Below are positions 1-10,910 of a DNA stretch of 59,364 nucleotides, piece after piece (within the stretch, counting starts at the first letter, position 1; each line of letters begins with the position of its first letter). A program made the position numbers and the translations under genes. Under the pieces are notes generated by a model, which had not been told where the DNA came from, did not search any database, and saw only the letters and a list, made by a program, of their open reading frames with translations. Source of the stretch: Promethearchaeota archaeon (GTDB lineage Archaea > Asgardarchaeota > Lokiarchaeia > Sigyniarchaeales > SOKP01); the NCBI GenBank assembly GCA_019058295.1, contig JAHPZI010000001.1:124786-184149 (forward strand), given 5' to 3'.

Positions 1-49
1 GCAAAAAAGCACTAAATCCATTTAACCAAGATAAAGTTTGAATCGCCAT
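1..49 (-). CDS. N-terminus (partial, runs off window) of a 7TM membrane protein, same family as 51689..52411
   Basis: Minus strand from ATG at 49 reads MAIQTLSWLNGFSAFF, matching MTSTISWINGFSALAL (51689..52411) and ISGWLDGFTA (24970). Confidence 0.65.
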   Translation of the reverse strand, partial: MAIQTLSWLNGFSAFL

Positions 50-247
50 TTTAATAAACTTGTTATTTTTTTGTTAAAATTTTAAATTTATTTACTTTAA
101 AGAATATCATATTTCTTTATTAAGACTTTGTTTTATTTTAAAGCCCAATTAAATTAAAAAAAATTTAAAACGCTTCTTCTAATAAGAATCTACATATTAT
201 TTTAAATCTCATAAATTTAAATAAAAATAATATACTGTGATTAGAGA

Positions 248-1375
248 ATGACGGATGTAGAACTTTTATCAAATTACTATTATTATTTAAAAGAAAAAAA
301 AGCCGATGGGAAAAAAATAATTGCCCATATGGCTCACGATAATATTCCGGAGGAATTAATTGATGCGGCTGGCTTTATCCCTCTGAATATGATATTTGCG
401 GGAAATGATGAGTTAATGAATTCAAGCCACGATTATTTACCTCCGTCAACTTGTAGTTTTGCTCAGAGCTGTATAGGATTATTTTCAGAAAAACCAAATA
501 ATTTTGATTTTTTGGAATTAATTGATTATTTTATAGTTTCGAATCATTGCGTTTCAGATATTTGCGCTTCAGAAATCATTACAAAATATTTCTCAATCCC
601 TCGATTAAATTTTTATATGTCATATACTCTAAGTGAGAACGCCTTAAAATATTATGAATTGGAATTAAAAGATTTAAAAAATCAACTAGAAAAAATTAAA
701 GGGAGTGAAATAAAAGAAGAAAATTTAAACGAGAGCATCAAAAGATATAACAATTTTAAGAAAAAACTTTTAGAGGTTAACAATTTAGAGATAAAAGGAA
801 AAACTAAATTAGAGATTTTTCAAAAAGCTATGTTATATGGTCCTGATTTTCTTCCAGAATTAGATACAATTATTCAAAATTCACAACCCAAAGGATCTAA
901 TAATCTAAAGGAGCTCATACTTACTGGTTGTTCAATTTTTATTAATGATTATTTAATTGATTTAATAGAAGAAAGTGGAGGAAATATAGTTTTTTTTGAC
1001 ACTTGGATTGGAGACAATTATTTTTCACAAATTTTTGATGATGGGATATTGAATTCAAAAAAAAATCCATATGATCTTTTGTTGTATAGATATCAAAATA
1101 ATAAAGGTGGAGATCATATGGTGCCAGAATATCTTGAACACAAGGTAACTAAATTAGAGAAAATCTTCCAAGATTATAAAAAAAAAACAGGAAAAATTCT
1201 AGGTGTAATTAACCACATCATAAAATTTTGCGATCATATTTCTATTAATTCTGCCTTCTTAAAAGAAAAATTGCAGGAAAAAAAAATTCCAATCTTAAAT
1301 TTAGAGCGCGATTATTCCCGTGCTAATCGTGGACAACTATCAACTAGAATTGAAGCATTTATTGAGATGATGTAA
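248..1375 (+). CDS. 2-hydroxyacyl-CoA dehydratase / benzoyl-CoA reductase family subunit (HGD-D, FldB/C-like)
   Basis: PEELIDAAGF, CSFAQSC, IKFCD and C-terminal GQLSTRIEAFIEM family motifs. Confidence 0.85.
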   Translation: MTDVELLSNYYYYLKEKKADGKKIIAHMAHDNIPEELIDAAGFIPLNMIFAGNDELMNSSHDYLPPSTCSFAQSCIGLFSEKPNNFDFLELIDYFIVSNHCVSDICASEIITKYFSIPRLNFYMSYTLSENALKYYELELKDLKNQLEKIKGSEIKEENLNESIKRYNNFKKKLLEVNNLEIKGKTKLEIFQKAMLYGPDFLPELDTIIQNSQPKGSNNLKELILTGCSIFINDYLIDLIEESGGNIVFFDTWIGDNYFSQIFDDGILNSKKNPYDLLLYRYQNNKGGDHMVPEYLEHKVTKLEKIFQDYKKKTGKILGVINHIIKFCDHISINSAFLKEKLQEKKIPILNLERDYSRANRGQLSTRIEAFIEMM

Positions 1376-1378
1376 AAA

Positions 1379-2731
1379 ATGAGTGTTTTTGCGGATGATG
1401 TTGTAACTTTTACTTCTATGCTAAAAATAGTGTACAATTTTTTATCTGGCAACTCTTATCTAAAAAGAAAAAAATTCAGAGAGAAGAAAAAACTAATAGC
1501 GGTTGCTCTTCCCTTTTCAGACTTAGCGTTTTCGTGTGGAGCAATACCGGTCCTTCCAATTAGAATGGAGATCTTTGAAATAAATAAATATTTATCAGCT
1601 TTAGGGTCAGCTACTAACATATTTGGATGGAATAATATTACGAAGTTTTTAGGATTTTTAAAAAACTTAGAATTTCAAAGTATCAACAAAACAGTTGAAA
1701 ATATTATTGGCGAGGTAATTGATACCATCAATAAAAAGTATAATCAAGTGTACGATTTGGGCGTAGAGAGCGGGATTCCGACTGATTTTTGTTACGGAAT
1801 TAAAAGTCTATACGGAATGTATGTTTCAAAAGGTAAAAATGTTGAGGCGAATTTGAATTTTACAATTCGGTGCAGCGCTTGGAATAAATATCTAGAATCA
1901 CTAAAAACAATTAAAAATCCTGCTAAGAATATATGGATTGATGTACCACCAAGAAATATAGGGAATTCATTAGAGATCCTCACGAATAATTTTTCAAAAG
2001 CTATTAACGAACTTGAAGATATTACTGGTATTACCTGTACTGATAATAAATTAAGAGAACATTTCACTTTAAGAAATCAAATTTGTCAGCATTATAAAAC
2101 AATAATTCACGAAATTGCGGCCTCTGATTTTTATCCATGCAATCCTGCAACATTTGCAGAGATCTTAGCTTTACTTACCATTTGTTTCCATGATTACAAC
2201 TCGAATGTGAAAAGATATGCTGAAAACATGTCATCTTTAGTAAATGAAATGAAAGAACGGATAAGAAAAGAAATTGGAATGGAGTGCTCTAAAATGCCAC
2301 GAATTCTAATAACACCGATATTTGGTGGATGGGAACCTAAAAGTCACGAGATCATATATGAATTAGGCGGGCGTAGTTTGTACGCTGATTGGGAATTGTT
2401 AGGCTTCCTTGAAAATATAAATGTCTCAAATAATTCTAATCCTATTGAAGAGTACGCTCGTTTTATTATGAACATCAGTTCAAATTATATGGGTTGTGAT
2501 AATGATACATTAACTGACTCATATTTAAACTTGGCAAAAAAGTTAAATGTTGATGGTCTTATTTTTTTTCAGTTATTTGGATGTCATAGCGTCTCTAATT
2601 GCTATAAACTTCTTAGAGATAAATTAAGAAGGGAGGAAATACCCTCAACTGCATTAACTTTTAATAAAATAGGCGAAAATGTAGAACAAGTTAAAACTCG
2701 TTTAGGAGCATTTATGGAGATGTTTAAATAG
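1379..2731 (+). CDS. 2-hydroxyacyl-CoA dehydratase family subunit (partner of the previous gene)
   Basis: FCYGIK, VDGLIFFQLFGCHS and EQVKTRLGAFMEM; 3 nt downstream of the paralogue. Confidence 0.8.
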   Translation: MSVFADDVVTFTSMLKIVYNFLSGNSYLKRKKFREKKKLIAVALPFSDLAFSCGAIPVLPIRMEIFEINKYLSALGSATNIFGWNNITKFLGFLKNLEFQSINKTVENIIGEVIDTINKKYNQVYDLGVESGIPTDFCYGIKSLYGMYVSKGKNVEANLNFTIRCSAWNKYLESLKTIKNPAKNIWIDVPPRNIGNSLEILTNNFSKAINELEDITGITCTDNKLREHFTLRNQICQHYKTIIHEIAASDFYPCNPATFAEILALLTICFHDYNSNVKRYAENMSSLVNEMKERIRKEIGMECSKMPRILITPIFGGWEPKSHEIIYELGGRSLYADWELLGFLENINVSNNSNPIEEYARFIMNISSNYMGCDNDTLTDSYLNLAKKLNVDGLIFFQLFGCHSVSNCYKLLRDKLRREEIPSTALTFNKIGENVEQVKTRLGAFMEMFK

Positions 2732-2784
2732 AATTATTTAATTTATTCCAATCTTAAATCCATTTTATACATTAAAAAGTAAAA

Positions 2785-3399
2785 TTAACTCCCGAAAAAA
2801 TCGGAAGGTTTTAGCAAATGTGGTTCTTCTTCTTCTTCTTTTTTCTTCTTTTCGTGTGGATCAACCCATTCGTTGGTTCCTGCCTCTGCATAATTCGGAG
2901 TAGGTGCTGCCGCTCCAGGAGTCTTTAAACCAGTAGGAGCCGCCACTCCTGGTGTTTTCACACCCGGAGGAGTCAAACCAGCCCCCGCAGTAATAGGTTC
3001 TGGTCTCTGTTGAGCACTAGATGAGGTTGATTGAACCGTATATGATCCTGATTGTAACCCTTGAAATTCGCTTAAAACTTTCTCAAGATTCATTGACTGA
3101 ACACTCTTATTCATTGTATCCATAATTTCTTTTAAAGACTCGGAAGTTTCTTTTAATCCTTTTGGATTGATTCCAGTGAGAAGAGAATCTAAATTTGTAG
3201 TTATATCCTCGTTTAATTCTTTTAATGAGTCTAATACCGCTTGCCAATGTTTGTTCATTTGATTTTCAATTGCTCTTATCATCTTTATTGTTTCATTCAT
3301 GAAATTAACATGAGCCTCGTATCTTTCTTCATCTTTTGCCCTAAGATCGGAAATTAACATAATAAGTTTTCTTAATTCTTCTTTCTCATCTTCAGACAT
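2785..3399 (-). CDS. hypothetical protein: helical/coiled-coil N-terminus, Pro/Ala/Thr-rich linker, charged C-terminus
   Basis: 204-aa ORF with heptad-like N-half and PPGVKTPGVAAPTGLKTPGAAAPT repeats. Confidence 0.75.
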   Translation of the reverse strand: MSEDEKEELRKLIMLISDLRAKDEERYEAHVNFMNETIKMIRAIENQMNKHWQAVLDSLKELNEDITTNLDSLLTGINPKGLKETSESLKEIMDTMNKSVQSMNLEKVLSEFQGLQSGSYTVQSTSSSAQQRPEPITAGAGLTPPGVKTPGVAAPTGLKTPGAAAPTPNYAEAGTNEWVDPHEKKKKEEEEEPHLLKPSDFFGS

Positions 3400-3583
3400 T
3401 TTTAAAAAGTTTCCTTTTATTTTTTTTCTACAATAATTATGAGAATAATGAAATATATATATATTGATTTAATAAAATGGATTAAAAATTTATTTAATGT
3501 TATTTTCTATTTTTCAAATTATTATAATCTTTTTTTTTATCATTTTTAGATGAATTTTTATGAATTATTACATATTCTAACCC

Positions 3584-4018
3584 ATGAAAATAGGTCGAAC
3601 TATTGAAGAGATTAAAGTAGGGATGAGGGCTGAATTTAGTCATACTTTTACTCAAGAAGAGACAGAAATTATGGCGAATTTAATTAGTGATCATAATCCT
3701 TTCCATTATGATGGTGAATTCATAAGGAATACACGATTTAAACGACCTATTGTACATGGATTACTCGTTGGCGGAATGATAAGTCATTTTGGTGGCGAAC
3801 TTTTTCCCGGTCCAGGTTGTCTTGCAGAAGAGATCTCCTTTAAATTTTTAAAACCTGTATATTTTGGGGATACCATTAGAGCTATCGCAGAGATCACTAA
3901 AATTGAAAAAGAACAAAATAGGCTTACATTTTCGATGGTATGTTTTAATGAGAGCAACGAGAAAGTATGTGAAGGAAAAGCTAAAGGTATTCCCTATCAA
4001 ATAGAGGTGAAGGATTAA
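3584..4018 (+). CDS. MaoC/PhaJ-like (R)-specific enoyl-CoA hydratase
   Basis: SDHNPFHYD hydratase motif, PIVHGLL, FKFLKPVYFGDTI. Confidence 0.9.
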   Translation: MKIGRTIEEIKVGMRAEFSHTFTQEETEIMANLISDHNPFHYDGEFIRNTRFKRPIVHGLLVGGMISHFGGELFPGPGCLAEEISFKFLKPVYFGDTIRAIAEITKIEKEQNRLTFSMVCFNESNEKVCEGKAKGIPYQIEVKD

Positions 4019-4019
4019 T

Positions 4020-4355
4020 ATGAAACTCAATCGTTTAAAGTCTATAGCATACAACGCTATTAGGACCTCTACTGGAGTTGAAAAAGGATATATGCTAGAT
4101 CCTTTTGAACATTATACTCCAGAGTTTGAAATTGAAATTGATTTACTTACTGGTAAGTTGAATCCAGATATGGAAGGGGACGATGTAGAGAGATATTATA
4201 TGTCAATCCATAAATGGTTTCATGAAGTACTACCTAAGGAAGGAATCCCTTTAGATATTATTGAAAAAGCAGTTATTCAATTATCACCAAAAGGGAAAAA
4301 ATGTATTATTTTGGCACAAGGAAAAGAGTTTTCAGCTTCTATTAGCTATGAATAA
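4020..4355 (+). CDS. hypothetical protein
   Basis: 111-aa ORF starting 1 nt after the MaoC stop. Confidence 0.7.
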   Translation: MKLNRLKSIAYNAIRTSTGVEKGYMLDPFEHYTPEFEIEIDLLTGKLNPDMEGDDVERYYMSIHKWFHEVLPKEGIPLDIIEKAVIQLSPKGKKCIILAQGKEFSASISYE

Positions 4356-4496
4356 AGCTATGTTGATTTAAGGATCTTAAGAATAGCTCAATTTGAAATT
4401 AGAGATATTGATTAATCTGCATCAAATTATTTTATAAATAAAGCTAATTTATCTATATTCATTAAAATATAGAGAGAAAATTAGCGAAATAATAAT

Positions 4497-5993
4497 ATGT
4501 CAATTAAAAAAATCGAATGGCCTGAAAATCCTAAAATCTATCAAATTAATACATGGCCTTGGCTTTATAGATTATCAGAAATGTATAATTACCCAATTAC
4601 ACTACAAAATGTTCCTGAAGAAGTATTAGATAAAGAAATAAGTTTATTTGATATAGTTTGGCTTATGGGAGTATGGGAACGAAGTCCGAAAGGGAGAGAA
4701 ATAGCACTTCAACACCCTGATTTACAAGAAGAATATCGTGATGCTCTAAGATATTTTAGTTCGGATGATGTAGTGGGTTCACCATACGCTGTCCATTATT
4801 ATCACGTTGATTCTCATCTTGGCGCTCAAGAAGGCTTGATTAGAATTCGCCAGCAATTAGCTAATCGTGGAATCCTTTTGTTATTAGATTATGTACCTAA
4901 TCATGTTGCGGTTGATCATATGTGGACCTTAGAAAAGTCAAATATTTTTGTTCAAGGTACTTTAGAAGAACAAATGTCTCATCCTTATGATTTTTTTAGT
5001 GTTGGTGATCAGGTTTATGCTCATGGAAGAGATCCAAATTTTCCACCTTGGACAGACACCGTTCAAATTAATGCATTTTCAAAAGAAGCTCGTCAAAAAA
5101 CCATAAATACGTTGTTAAAAATTGCTGAACAGTGCGATGGTGTGCGGTGTGATATGGCAATGCTATTACTTAATGAAGTTTTTAAACGAACATGGGGTAA
5201 AAGGGGGGGAACACCTCTTGAGAAAGAATTTTGGCGAGAAGTAATTCCAGCGGTAAAAGAAAAGTTTCCTAACTTTAAATTTATAGCAGAAGTTTATTGG
5301 GATTTAGAGTGGGAACTTCAACAAGAAGGATTTGATTATTGTTATGATAAAAGATTATATGAAAGATTGATCCATGACGACGCGAGATCTATTCAAGCAC
5401 ATTTAATGGCAGATTGGGATTATCAAAGTAAATTATTACGTTTTATTGAAAATCACGACGAACAAAGAGCAGTAAAAATGTTTGGAGAAAAAAAATCAAT
5501 GGCAGCGGCTATTATCATCCTTACACTACCAGGAGCACGTTTAATACACGAAGGACAAACCCGAGGACATACAATAAAATTACCAGTTCAATTAAGAAGG
5601 AGACCTATGGAAGAGGATAATGCAAAACTCGTTGTTTTTTACAATAAACTATTAAAGGTTATCCCCGGAAAGGAGTTAGGAAAAGGACAATGGTCGCTAT
5701 GCAAAGTTGAACCTGTAGGTAAAGATGCTTCATATGAAAATTTAATTGCTTATATATGGGAACTTAATAACCTACGCCAACTAACAGTGGTTAATTTTTC
5801 GCCATATCTGACTCAAGGTCATATTCGAATTGGAGGATTGCATTATGGATCTACTAATTGGACTTTTACAGATTTACTTACGCAGAAAAAATACACATAT
5901 AAAGGAGAAGACCTCGATAATTACGGCTTATATGTTGATTTAGATGCCTGGGAAGGCATAATTTTTTCTTGTTCTATGGAAAAAAAAGAATGA
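4497..5993 (+). CDS. alpha-amylase family (GH13) glycoside hydrolase
   Basis: Conserved regions DYVPNH, DGVRCDMA, AEVYW and FIENHDE. Confidence 0.92.
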   Translation: MSIKKIEWPENPKIYQINTWPWLYRLSEMYNYPITLQNVPEEVLDKEISLFDIVWLMGVWERSPKGREIALQHPDLQEEYRDALRYFSSDDVVGSPYAVHYYHVDSHLGAQEGLIRIRQQLANRGILLLLDYVPNHVAVDHMWTLEKSNIFVQGTLEEQMSHPYDFFSVGDQVYAHGRDPNFPPWTDTVQINAFSKEARQKTINTLLKIAEQCDGVRCDMAMLLLNEVFKRTWGKRGGTPLEKEFWREVIPAVKEKFPNFKFIAEVYWDLEWELQQEGFDYCYDKRLYERLIHDDARSIQAHLMADWDYQSKLLRFIENHDEQRAVKMFGEKKSMAAAIIILTLPGARLIHEGQTRGHTIKLPVQLRRRPMEEDNAKLVVFYNKLLKVIPGKELGKGQWSLCKVEPVGKDASYENLIAYIWELNNLRQLTVVNFSPYLTQGHIRIGGLHYGSTNWTFTDLLTQKKYTYKGEDLDNYGLYVDLDAWEGIIFSCSMEKKE

Positions 5994-6032
5994 TAGATTA
6001 TATTTTAAAAACATTATCAATTACTAAGGTTA

Positions 6033-7322
6033 ATGAAAGCTGTTATATTAGCGGCAGGAGAAGGAAAGAGATTAAAACCAATAACCTCCTCTCGTCCTAA
6101 ACCTATGATCCCACTTACTGGCAAACCGCTATTAGAACATACAATTTTGGGATTAAAAGATGCCGGAGTTAATGAGATATTATTAATAGTTGGCTATAAA
6201 CAAGATATTATTAAGGATTATTTTGGCAACGGGTTGGATAAATTTAATATTAAAATTGAATATAAAACTCAAGACGAATATTTAGGTACAGCACACGCTA
6301 CTAATTATGCCAAGGATTTTATCAAGAATGATCCATTTTTAATGATGTACGGGGATTTATTAGTTGATCCTATTATCTTTAAAGAAGTGTTGCAAAAATT
6401 TAACAAAAGTAAACCTGAAGGATTAATCTCATTACTTGAAGTTGGAAATCCTAAAGACTATGGTATAATATCACTTAATTCTGATGGCTTTGTAGAGAAG
6501 ATAACAGAAAAACCTTCTCCAGATCTGAATTTAGGCAATTTAGCGAATGCTGGAATCTATGTTTTTAATCCAATAATATTTGAAGCAATAGAAAAAACAG
6601 AAAAATCCATTAGAGAAGAATTTGAGTTCACAGATTCTATGGAAATTCTTATTAAGCAATTTAATGGCAATATTATCGGTCATATTATAAAAGAGAAATT
6701 CTGGAGTGATATTGGATTACCTTGGCAATTATTAGACGCAAATAGTTATCTTTTAGATAAAATAGAAAAGAAAATCTTAGGAAATATACAAGATAATGTA
6801 GTTTTTGAAGGTAATGTTTATATTGGTAAGGGAACTACAGTCCGTTCAGGAACCTATATTCAGGGTCCATGTTATATAGGAGAAGATAATATCATTGGTC
6901 CCAATGCGTTTATTAGACCTAATACAACAATAGGAAATAATTGTCATATTGGGATAAGTGAAGTGAAAAATTCAATCATACTTTCAGATACAAATATACC
7001 CCACTTTAATTATATTGGAGATTCAATCATTTGTGAAAATGTGAATCTAGGAGCGGGAACAAAAGTTGCGAATTTAAGGTTAGACGAGAAAAATGTCAAA
7101 ATGAATATAGAGGGTCGATTGATTGATTCAGGAACAAGAAAATTAGGAATGATAATAGGACCTAATGTTAAAACTGGAATAAATGTAAGCATCATGACAG
7201 GGAAAAAAATAGGAGCAAATTCACGAATAGGAGCACAGACTTTAGTAATAGAAGATGTGCCTCCAAATACACTTTATTATCAAGATCCAAATAAAGGGAT
7301 TTGTAAAAAAAGCTTATTATAA
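6033..7322 (+). CDS. glmU: archaeal bifunctional sugar-1-phosphate nucleotidyltransferase/acetyltransferase (GlmU-like)
   Basis: ILAAGEGKRLKP...PKPM N-terminus, hexapeptide C-terminus with HFNYIGDS and NLGAGT; convergent with glmS. Confidence 0.88.
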   Translation: MKAVILAAGEGKRLKPITSSRPKPMIPLTGKPLLEHTILGLKDAGVNEILLIVGYKQDIIKDYFGNGLDKFNIKIEYKTQDEYLGTAHATNYAKDFIKNDPFLMMYGDLLVDPIIFKEVLQKFNKSKPEGLISLLEVGNPKDYGIISLNSDGFVEKITEKPSPDLNLGNLANAGIYVFNPIIFEAIEKTEKSIREEFEFTDSMEILIKQFNGNIIGHIIKEKFWSDIGLPWQLLDANSYLLDKIEKKILGNIQDNVVFEGNVYIGKGTTVRSGTYIQGPCYIGEDNIIGPNAFIRPNTTIGNNCHIGISEVKNSIILSDTNIPHFNYIGDSIICENVNLGAGTKVANLRLDEKNVKMNIEGRLIDSGTRKLGMIIGPNVKTGINVSIMTGKKIGANSRIGAQTLVIEDVPPNTLYYQDPNKGICKKSLL

Positions 7323-7336
7323 ATAGGTTTTTCGAA

Positions 7337-9184
7337 TTAGTGAACAGTAACAGTTTTAGCTAAATTCTGAGGTTTGTCAGGGTCTAATCCAACAGCTACG
7401 GAGTAATAATATGCTAAAAGCTGAAGTGCAGGAATAAAAGTTATTGGACTTAAGAGATTATAATATTTATTTGCTGGTTGGTCGATTCTTATGGTAACAT
7501 CACTCAGATCTGTTACTTTCTTATCTTCTTCAACTACAAGAGAGATTATTTTGCCCCCTCTTGCTTTGAATTCCATAACATTACCAATTAATCGTTCATA
7601 GGTACCATCAGGAGGTGCAATAAATATAATTGGAAATCCATCTCTTACTAATGAGATAGGCCCATGCTTCGCGTGTGCTGCGGAATAACCTTCTATAAAA
7701 CGGCAGGCAATTTCTTTTAATTTAAGGCCTCCTTCTTTAGCTGTGGCAATGGATATCCCTCGTGCTAAGAAGAAGAAATTATGACTCTTTTCTAAATTCT
7801 TTACAATATTTTGTATCAAATCAATATCTTTACTTAGGAAATTTTCTATTATATCTGGAGTTTTTCTTAATGCTCTACAATATTCATTGATTTCATCTTC
7901 GGACTCGACACCTTTCATTGTAGCAATTTTTAACCCAATAAGAGCAAGTATTAATACTTGAGTAACATATGTTTTCGTAGCTGCTACGCCAATTTCTGGT
8001 CCAGCTCTCGTTACTATTACGTGATCAGAATATCTAGTCATTGATGAACCAACTATATTTGTAATTGACAATATTTTTACGTTGGCAGCATTTTTTGCCC
8101 ACCTTATCGCTTCTATCGTATCAACAGTTTCTCCTGATTGTGAAATTGCGATAATTGCAGAATTATCAGGTAATGCGTTGGATAATTGGGTTTTAAATTC
8201 AGAACATTCAATTGCTTGAAGATATTTCCCCAAAAATTTTGTTATTATAAATTTTCCTGCAAGGGAAGCATAAAATGATGTACCTGCTGCTGTGATATAA
8301 ATATTATCCGCAGATAAAATTGCTTCTGCAAATGCTTTTATATCCTCTTCTGGAACTTTCAGGGTACGCCTTAACGCATCAGGTTCTTCATGAATCTCTT
8401 TTAACATAAAATGTGGATACCCTCCTTTTTCGGCGGCATCAATATTCCAATCAATTTGGATTAAATTTTTGGATACCTCATCATTAGTTTTAACATCAAA
8501 GAATTTAGCGCCTCCTGGTCTTAGTATTGCCATCTCATCATCATCTAAAATATAACATTGTCTCGTCAAGGGAAGAAATGCTGGTATATCTGAGGCACAA
8601 TAAGTTGCTCCATTATCAATACCTACGACTAAAGGTGACTCTTTTCTTACTACTATTATGCAATCTGGATAATCTGTATGACAGACCACAATCCCATATG
8701 CTCCTGTACATTTTCTTACAGATTCTAAGATAGCAGTCTTTAAATCTAATCCAGTACTCATAAATTCTTCAATTAAATGTGGGATAATTTCTGTATCGGT
8801 TTCAGACTGAAAGATATGACCCTTAGCACGTAATTCATTTCTTAATTCCATAAAGTTTTCAATGATACCATTATGAACAACCGCAATTTTATTAGAACAA
8901 TCCAAATGTGGATGACTATTGATTTTAGTGGGAGCTCCATGAGTTGCCCATCGTGTATGTGCAAGAGCTATTTTGGAACCCTCTGGAAAATCATCCAATT
9001 TAAGTCTTTTATGAATTTCATCAATTTTCCCAGAATCCTTTTTAATAAATAATTCTCCATTATAATTAGTAACAATGCCACATGAATCGTATCCCCGATA
9101 TTCTAATCTTTTAATTGCCTCAAGTGCAATCTTACCAATTGAGATATCTTCCTGATTTGTTATAACTCCAAAAATTCCACACAT
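7337..9184 (-). CDS. glmS: glutamine--fructose-6-phosphate transaminase (isomerizing)
   Basis: MCGIFG, RLEYRGYDS, HTRWATHG, SQSGET, KHGP and DKPQNLAKTVTV. Confidence 0.97.
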   Translation of the reverse strand: MCGIFGVITNQEDISIGKIALEAIKRLEYRGYDSCGIVTNYNGELFIKKDSGKIDEIHKRLKLDDFPEGSKIALAHTRWATHGAPTKINSHPHLDCSNKIAVVHNGIIENFMELRNELRAKGHIFQSETDTEIIPHLIEEFMSTGLDLKTAILESVRKCTGAYGIVVCHTDYPDCIIVVRKESPLVVGIDNGATYCASDIPAFLPLTRQCYILDDDEMAILRPGGAKFFDVKTNDEVSKNLIQIDWNIDAAEKGGYPHFMLKEIHEEPDALRRTLKVPEEDIKAFAEAILSADNIYITAAGTSFYASLAGKFIITKFLGKYLQAIECSEFKTQLSNALPDNSAIIAISQSGETVDTIEAIRWAKNAANVKILSITNIVGSSMTRYSDHVIVTRAGPEIGVAATKTYVTQVLILALIGLKIATMKGVESEDEINEYCRALRKTPDIIENFLSKDIDLIQNIVKNLEKSHNFFFLARGISIATAKEGGLKLKEIACRFIEGYSAAHAKHGPISLVRDGFPIIFIAPPDGTYERLIGNVMEFKARGGKIISLVVEEDKKVTDLSDVTIRIDQPANKYYNLLSPITFIPALQLLAYYYSVAVGLDPDKPQNLAKTVTVH

Positions 9185-9357
9185 TATTAAATCCTAACTT
9201 AACGTAAATATGTTAAAAAGGAATTAAAGATATTTGAAGATTACCGTAGAACTCGTATAACAAATATAATTCAATATATTTATATAGATAAAGTAATGGG
9301 GATATATGAAAAAGACGTATATAAAACGGGAAAATAATCAATAGTATTGTTTATCCA

Positions 9358-10785
9358 CTAAATTAAATTTAATTGTTTCATCTTCTCTACTGCTATTCTG
9401 TTTGTTTCAATTGATTCTTCCATGTTTATACTGGATTCACAAGAGATTCTCAAATATGGGCTTGTTCCTGAACGTCTTATTAAAATCCATCCATCTTCAA
9501 AATCTATTCTAATTCCATCCATCTTATTGATCTTTTTTATTTTCTTACCTAACCCATTAAAAGTATCTTTCATTTCAGAGATAATTTCATCATTAGTTTG
9601 TTCTGAAAATGGAATATCTTTAAGCAATCTGTGGTTTGTACGATAGAATGGGTAATTTGGAATAGACTTTAATAATTCAGAGAGTGTCTTTCCCGATTCA
9701 GCAACCATTCTAAGGACTTTCGCGATTGTTACTATAGAATCTGGACCATAATGAGTACTTGGCCAAATATATGTACCTGAATTCTCTCCTCCCAAAAATG
9801 CATTATGTTCCTTGAGACAAATAGCTACTTTTATATCTCCGACTTCGCATTTGATGACTTCACAACCAAGTGGATTTAACACATCTTCTATTAGACTTGA
9901 TGAATTAATAGGAGTAACAACTTTCATCATTTCTTTTTTAACTTTAGATCCTTTATATCTTTCTAAATAATCTTTTGCCATTAAAGCCAATAATCGAATT
10001 GGATCAACAATTTCTCCATTCTCATCTAAAAAGATTACTCGATCAGCATCACCATCTAGGGCAATACCTAAATCTGCTTGTTCAGATATCTTTAGAAAGT
10101 TAGAGATTTGTTTTAGATTTTCTTTACTCGGCTCACTTAGACGCCCAGGAAATGAACCATCCATTTGACAATTGAGTGTCGTTACATTGATATTATAATT
10201 ACTTAACATTTTAGGTACAATATCGCAACTTGAACCATTTCCAGGATCAACAATAACGTGCAATTTACTTCCATCAAACATAACACGATGAGTTATATCT
10301 AAAATATGAACATCATTTATGTCATTAACTTCAGAAACAGTACCGATCTCATCCCATTTAATCTTTAAGAATGATTTTGCGTTATATATTCTTTCAATTT
10401 CTTCTTCTTGTTCTGGTGTGAACCCCATGCCAGAGATATTCCAAAATTTAAGACCGATATATTCAGGTGTATTATGTGAAGCAGTTATCATTACGCCAGC
10501 ATCCGCGCGCAATATCTTTAGGGACATTGCTAAAGTCGGTGTTGTTACAATACCCACCCGCTTGACATTACACCCACAACTCACTAGTCCAGAAATAAGT
10601 GCGTGTTCAATTGGAGGAGCAGAGGTTCTAATGTCTCTTCCTATTACAACATCTCCCCCATTAATATAAGTTCCCAATGCAAGTCCGACCTCAAGACTCA
10701 TTGCTGGTGTAAACATAACATCTGATTCACTATAATTAATGAATACTCTCCTAATACCACTCGTTCCGAAAATATTTGAGGTCAT
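9358..10785 (-). CDS. glmM: phosphoglucosamine mutase / phosphohexomutase
   Basis: FGTSGIR, TASHN, DGDADR, GGENSG and RRSGT; adjacent to glmS. Confidence 0.85.
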   Translation of the reverse strand: MTSNIFGTSGIRRVFINYSESDVMFTPAMSLEVGLALGTYINGGDVVIGRDIRTSAPPIEHALISGLVSCGCNVKRVGIVTTPTLAMSLKILRADAGVMITASHNTPEYIGLKFWNISGMGFTPEQEEEIERIYNAKSFLKIKWDEIGTVSEVNDINDVHILDITHRVMFDGSKLHVIVDPGNGSSCDIVPKMLSNYNINVTTLNCQMDGSFPGRLSEPSKENLKQISNFLKISEQADLGIALDGDADRVIFLDENGEIVDPIRLLALMAKDYLERYKGSKVKKEMMKVVTPINSSSLIEDVLNPLGCEVIKCEVGDIKVAICLKEHNAFLGGENSGTYIWPSTHYGPDSIVTIAKVLRMVAESGKTLSELLKSIPNYPFYRTNHRLLKDIPFSEQTNDEIISEMKDTFNGLGKKIKKINKMDGIRIDFEDGWILIRRSGTSPYLRISCESSINMEESIETNRIAVEKMKQLNLI

Positions 10786-10910
10786 TTTTTTTGTTTCTTT
10801 ACTTAAAAATATATTAAAAAGATTAATATAATATTTATATAAAATATAGAAGAAAACCTAATTTTTATATTTATTCTCAGTTAAACTGCTCATTCTCAAA
10901 AAGGTAAATT

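Noticed and set aside
7660-7700. GlmS motif variant SAAHAKHGP instead of AGELKHGP
   Set aside because: The catalytic Cys1, LKE Glu, KHG His and C-terminal Lys are all retained; likely lineage drift.
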